A stretch of 25,684 nt of DNA from a virus (lineage: Duplodnaviria > Caudoviricetes). The position numbers were made by a program, and so were the translations under genes. How positions within the stretch are numbered: the first letter of the stretch is position 1; every line of letters begins with the position of its first letter. Positions 12,601 to 16,177 of the stretch are shown in pieces. The notes under the pieces are model-generated. The model had not been told where the DNA came from and ran no database searches. It saw only the letters and a program-made list of their open reading frames with translations. The stretch covers positions 1 to 25,684 of IMG/VR virus record IMGVR_UViG_3300031997_000058. One strand, 5' to 3'.

Positions 12601-13791
12601 AGAAATACCGGGAGCCCCTCTAAGTCCTGGGTCTTCGGAGATAGCCGGCAAGTTAAGTTTATTATAAATACCCTTACCACTAACAGTAGAACCAAGAGCC
12701 GTCTTAAGTGCTGTTTTTATAGCCTCTATAGTACCAGCAATCTCCGTGTGGCTAGCTCCAAGAGAAGGAGGAAGCCTACCTCCCGGAGGAAGAGAACTGG
12801 GAATAGGAGGAATAGCTGCTCCGCGTCCCTGCGAAACATTTAAGTTTTTAATAGCCTGTGCCATCGAAGAGGTGGTGGAACTAGATGACTTACGTTTAAT
12901 CTCGTTCTCATAATTATAAACTACATCTCGTTGTTCGTTGGGGGCATATCTTTGAGGTTGCCTAGTACGTATGCCTTTGGCCCTATCTGCAAGCATCTTC
13001 CTAGTCTCAGCATATCCCGCAGGATCCTGAACTTCGGTAGGATACTTATAAACCTGAGTCGATTGGTTAGCGACGTCGTATTGGGGAGAAGGATACCTGG
13101 GTGCAGCAGGCTTAGGAGGAACTACGGCTTTGGGTGCGGGAGCAATAACCGCGGGAGCGGGTTTGGAAAGTGTACTCTTTATGACCGCTTGCTCAGCTTC
13201 TGCAGCAGCTATCCTATTACGCGCTACTTTAAGCTCTGCTTCAGCTGCTTTCTCACGCATCTCCCTAACATTCTTCTCCTTAGAAGTTTCTCTCTTAACA
13301 GGAGGAGAAAGAGGCGGCGTAGCCGCAACAGGAGGTGCAGGTCTAGAAGTAACAGGTACCGCAGCACCAGCTTGTCTAGCACGAAAATCTGCAAGTGTAG
13401 GTAAATTATAAAATGATTTTATAGGTGCAGCCGCCTGCACAGGGGCGGCAGCTTTCACTACTTTGGCAGTCTCCGCGGCTTTAGAACTATTCTTATCTAC
13501 CGCCGCTGCTAATTTTTGAATTGCCTGCGCAAGAGGGGACAGTTCTGCCTTCAGCGCGGCCGCAACTGCTTTAGCAACCTCGTTCCCAGAAACACCTGTA
13601 GCCACCGATGCGCTGCGCACCGTGGCTGGAGAAGGCAATGCCTGTGTTAAAGCCTGGCGAGACGGCTTAATCCCGCTGGCAGCTTGTGCTAAAGCAGTAT
13701 TTAATGCCTGCTTAAACTGTGTGGTAATACTTTCAAGGCTAGATTGCTCGACTTCGAGACTAATCCCAACCTTGAAGGACTCGTCTATCAA
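1..13791 (-). CDS. Giant tape measure protein fused to a two-barrel virion RNA polymerase and a zincin-like protease (>=4597 aa, 3'-partial)
   Basis: Manual translation found no stop from TTG (13789-13791, preceded by GGAGG-TAAAGGAAG) to position 1. It begins [30 protein letters not shown] and sits in the TMP position right after the tail tube and chaperone genes. It contains RNAP beta motifs ([21 protein letters not shown]), a beta' motif (NLDLDGD), HENLH and a TP901-type TMP core. It is absent from the ORF track, probably because its stop lies outside the window. Confidence 0.93.
   Translation of the reverse strand, partial: [4597 protein letters not shown]
4895..5370 (-). other. Predicted membrane-spanning segments of the TMP
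   Basis: Hydrophobic stretches [16 protein letters not shown] (~5310-5355) and [21 protein letters not shown] (~4897-4957) just C-terminal of the TP901 core, the usual arrangement in TMPs. Confidence 0.6.
5400..6400 (-). other. TP901-family tape measure core domain (PhageMin_Tail-like), about aa 2465-2800
   Basis: Typical signatures: ELKKVMD...[124 protein letters not shown]. Confidence 0.9.
7900..8480 (-). other. Zincin-like metallopeptidase domain within the giant protein
   Basis: [10 protein letters not shown] (HExxH at 8215-8229; H1855, E1856, H1859). It is preceded by the strand pattern [17 protein letters not shown] and followed by candidate third-ligand motifs GEETVA (~8032-8049) or AQEALA (~7933-7950). 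Confidence 0.68.
9110..10960 (-). other. RNA polymerase beta'-like region with catalytic double-psi beta-barrel
   Basis: Colinear matches to E. coli beta': [49 protein letters not shown] (R1315); [52 protein letters not shown]. The motif is at 9550-9570 (D1410, D1412, D1414). Confidence 0.9.
11020..12080 (-). other. RNA polymerase beta-like region (second double-psi beta-barrel through the beta C-terminus)
   Basis: Colinear matches to E. coli beta: TIPF/[99 protein letters not shown] (K733, K741, same 8-residue spacing); [67 protein letters not shown]. Confidence 0.9.
12730..13640 (-). other. Pro/Ala-rich, probably disordered linker near the N-terminus of the giant protein
   Basis: Segments such as [43 protein letters not shown] and [19 protein letters not shown]. 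Confidence 0.7.
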
Positions 13792-13815
13792 CTTCCTTTA
13801 CCTCCACCTTTATTC

Positions 13816-14874
13816 TTAAACTACCTTAAGCACGTTACTAGATTGTGTTCGAATAACCACATCCGAGCTCTCTGTGACTGTGTCTTTCAGACGTTCCTCT
13901 GAATACTGCAAGTCATGGTACGCTGGATGTGCGGGAGTTATAATTAACTCATCACCTCTGTCCCAAGCATCTAGTTTGGATTGAGAACCAACCCCTCGTT
14001 TAGAACTCTTGGAATCTTTCCTTTCCTCTTCCCTCTTTTTGAAATATAACTCCATGTGGGAGTCAAGAGCCTCATCATCCTTAATTACACTGTCATCTGG
14101 TTGATCATCGGGCATCATTTCATAAATAGATTGATAAAAATTACTCCAGTACAATAAAGATAGTTGGTCTGGCGTTAAGTCATCTAATCCCCTACAAAAT
14201 AAAGGGCCTCCCAACTTACTAGCAGAAACATATCTAATTCTCCACAAGTTGTGTCTAGCTAAAAAACGCAGCGTCGCTACAGGTAATCCTCGATTAAATT
14301 TAGAAAAGGACTTAATAATTTCATTTCTTAGAAATAAGTCAGTATCTTCTTGAAAAGCATGATAGGTTTTCCAATAACGTTCGGCGGCATCAGGTCTATA
14401 AGTTCCGGCCCAGGTTAGGTAAAGTAGTATTTCTTCATCCGCCTTACGCTCGCAGGACATATAATAATAGGTCTCTCGTTGCGATTTTATCTCAAAAACG
14501 TCCTTCTCATATCGCTTTATTACTTCTTCTATTGGGGCGCGTCTTCCCGGAATCTTAGTAATTTCCAGAAGTTTTCTCTGCGCTACAAGTTTACCCTCGG
14601 CAAAAGCAAGTTTCTCTCTTTCCTCGTCTGGAATAACACCCTTACCCAGTAGCATTGTATCTATATCTTGTATGGAGGGTAAGCCCTCTTTCTTTGCTTC
14701 GACAAGCGTTTTCTTATATAAGTAACGTCCCTCTATAACTTCCTGAGCGGCAGGAAAAGAAAAGATTACAAAGCTATCTTTATCCGCAACTACACTATGT
14801 TGAAGATACTTATTATGCGTGATGGAGTCTAGAAGTTCTTCCACTTCCTGGTAAGACAGTTCAGACGTAGACAT
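13816..14874 (-). CDS. Putative tail assembly chaperone, long form (GT-like), 352 aa
   Basis: Immediately upstream of the TMP gene. Its N-terminal ~200 aa are paralogous to the 288-aa neighbour, and it has an extra C-terminal domain (LFCRGLDDLTPDQLSLLYW). Confidence 0.62.
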   Translation of the reverse strand: MSTSELSYQEVEELLDSITHNKYLQHSVVADKDSFVIFSFPAAQEVIEGRYLYKKTLVEAKKEGLPSIQDIDTMLLGKGVIPDEEREKLAFAEGKLVAQRKLLEITKIPGRRAPIEEVIKRYEKDVFEIKSQRETYYYMSCERKADEEILLYLTWAGTYRPDAAERYWKTYHAFQEDTDLFLRNEIIKSFSKFNRGLPVATLRFLARHNLWRIRYVSASKLGGPLFCRGLDDLTPDQLSLLYWSNFYQSIYEMMPDDQPDDSVIKDDEALDSHMELYFKKREEERKDSKSSKRGVGSQSKLDAWDRGDELIITPAHPAYHDLQYSEERLKDTVTESSDVVIRTQSSNVLKVV

Positions 14875-14879
14875 ACGTG

Positions 14880-15746
14880 TTAAGCGCTAAGGTCTTTCTT
14901 AGGTCTACCCGCTTTCTTAACTTTAACTACAGTTGTCTTTTTATCCGCCGGCTCTGACTCTACAGGAGCAACAACGGGGAGCGCTTCTTCAACCTCTCCA
15001 ACCGCCTCAACCTTCTTACCCTTCGAGGAAGTCTTAGTTTTCTTAGCTTCTTCTAGAGCCTCTACTTCTTCATTTTCTTTTTTCTGCTCAGCAACTATGC
15101 GGTCTAAACGTGCCTGAGCTATTTGACGAAGAGCTACTTGCTCTGGGGTATTCTCTAAGAAGTTACTTTCCAAACCCTGCATCCACAACATAACCTCGAA
15201 CCGTGCCTTAACCGCAAGCGCGACATTGTCATCCTTCTGATAATCCTCGTAACTCTTCCAAAGCGGGGTTCGGTCTTTCTTCTGAATGATACGGCTAGTT
15301 AAAAACTCCACGCGTGTATCTTCTGCTATGTTCTCGCAGGTATTTCCCATTGGCCCATTAACCTTCTGATTAAGTCTGAATAGGTCATCTCGCAGGCGAG
15401 AAATTTCTAAGGCCAGTGCCTCTTTATCCTGCTCACTCCCGTCCATAAGAGAACTTTCTAACGTATAAAGTTTAGTTGCAAGTTGCATCCGCACACCTTC
15501 CACCTCGGAAGAATAAGCGTCGTCAACTATACCTTTATCCTTAAGAAAACCTGCCATCTGCGACTGTGTAAGAAAACCATCTACGATAGCCTGGTTATAA
15601 ATTTTTGCATACTGCCAATCCGCTTTTCTAAGATCTTCACCCGTAGGAGAAGCAATGTATGCCACTATGGGCTCTTGCCCCGGTATCTCGAAAGTAAACT
15701 CACGTCTTCCATCTAAAACTTTCTTCACATCTTCTGCTGTAGTCAT
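14880..15746 (-). CDS. Putative tail assembly chaperone, short form (G-like), 288 aa
   Basis: Lies between the tail tube and TMP genes. SD AAGGA upstream. Helical core with a Lys/Glu-rich low-complexity tail ending AGRPKK. Confidence 0.62.
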   Translation of the reverse strand: MTTAEDVKKVLDGRREFTFEIPGQEPIVAYIASPTGEDLRKADWQYAKIYNQAIVDGFLTQSQMAGFLKDKGIVDDAYSSEVEGVRMQLATKLYTLESSLMDGSEQDKEALALEISRLRDDLFRLNQKVNGPMGNTCENIAEDTRVEFLTSRIIQKKDRTPLWKSYEDYQKDDNVALAVKARFEVMLWMQGLESNFLENTPEQVALRQIAQARLDRIVAEQKKENEEVEALEEAKKTKTSSKGKKVEAVGEVEEALPVVAPVESEPADKKTTVVKVKKAGRPKKDLSA

Positions 15747-15766
15747 ATAGTTATCCTTTTCCTTAA

Positions 15767-16072
15767 TTAGTTATTTTTAGCGATTACTACGGGGGCCTGC
15801 GGCTGAACTATATCTTCCCTGTTAGGAATATAAACAACCTTATAGTTTAAATCCAACTGCTTTTTAACATCCCGTATAGCATCGTTTCCAGCCCTCAATA
15901 CTTTGGCTCTGAAAGGTTTATAGCGCTGAGCATCCCCGATAGCAACTTCTGCTATATCTAAAATATGATCTAAAGAACCTAAGACCGTACGCTCTATATC
16001 CCTTTTTAACTTTTCCATATCTCTCTGCGCGTGTACTCTATTTCTATCCGAATTCGGATCTTTTACATCCAT
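15767..16072 (-). CDS. Hypothetical helical protein in the tail module, 101 aa
   Basis: Strong SD (AAGGAGAGG), packed in the operon, function not recognised. Confidence 0.8.
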   Translation of the reverse strand: MDVKDPNSDRNRVHAQRDMEKLKRDIERTVLGSLDHILDIAEVAIGDAQRYKPFRAKVLRAGNDAIRDVKKQLDLNYKVVYIPNREDIVQPQAPVVIAKNN

Positions 16073-16130
16073 GTTTCCTCTCCTTTCCTTTACTTCTTTT
16101 AATCTCCGATGCTCCTAAACACCACCGGAG

Positions 16131-16171
16131 AAAAGAACTTGTTTCCTACCGCCACGGAGTGACGGTAGGAA
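16131..16171 (-). terminator. Terminator-like hairpin downstream of the tail tube gene
   Basis: Minus-strand RNA UUCCUACCGUCAC-UCC-GUGGCGGUAGGAA (13-bp stem, one G-U; 16143-16171), 6 nt after the stop. It is followed by an imperfect, offset U-tract ACAAGUUCUUUU. Confidence 0.55.
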
Positions 16172-16177
16172 TACTAA

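Noticed and set aside
145-13819. Many 60-160 aa plus-strand ORFs in the supplied track
   Set aside because: They are antisense shadows of the giant minus-strand ORF, with unprotein-like composition and no recognisable motifs.
15070-15095. A-run (CAG AAA AAA GAA) as a possible -1 slippery site in the first chaperone gene
   Set aside because: It is not in X XXY YYZ phase, and the downstream gene already has its own G-like domain and ATG.
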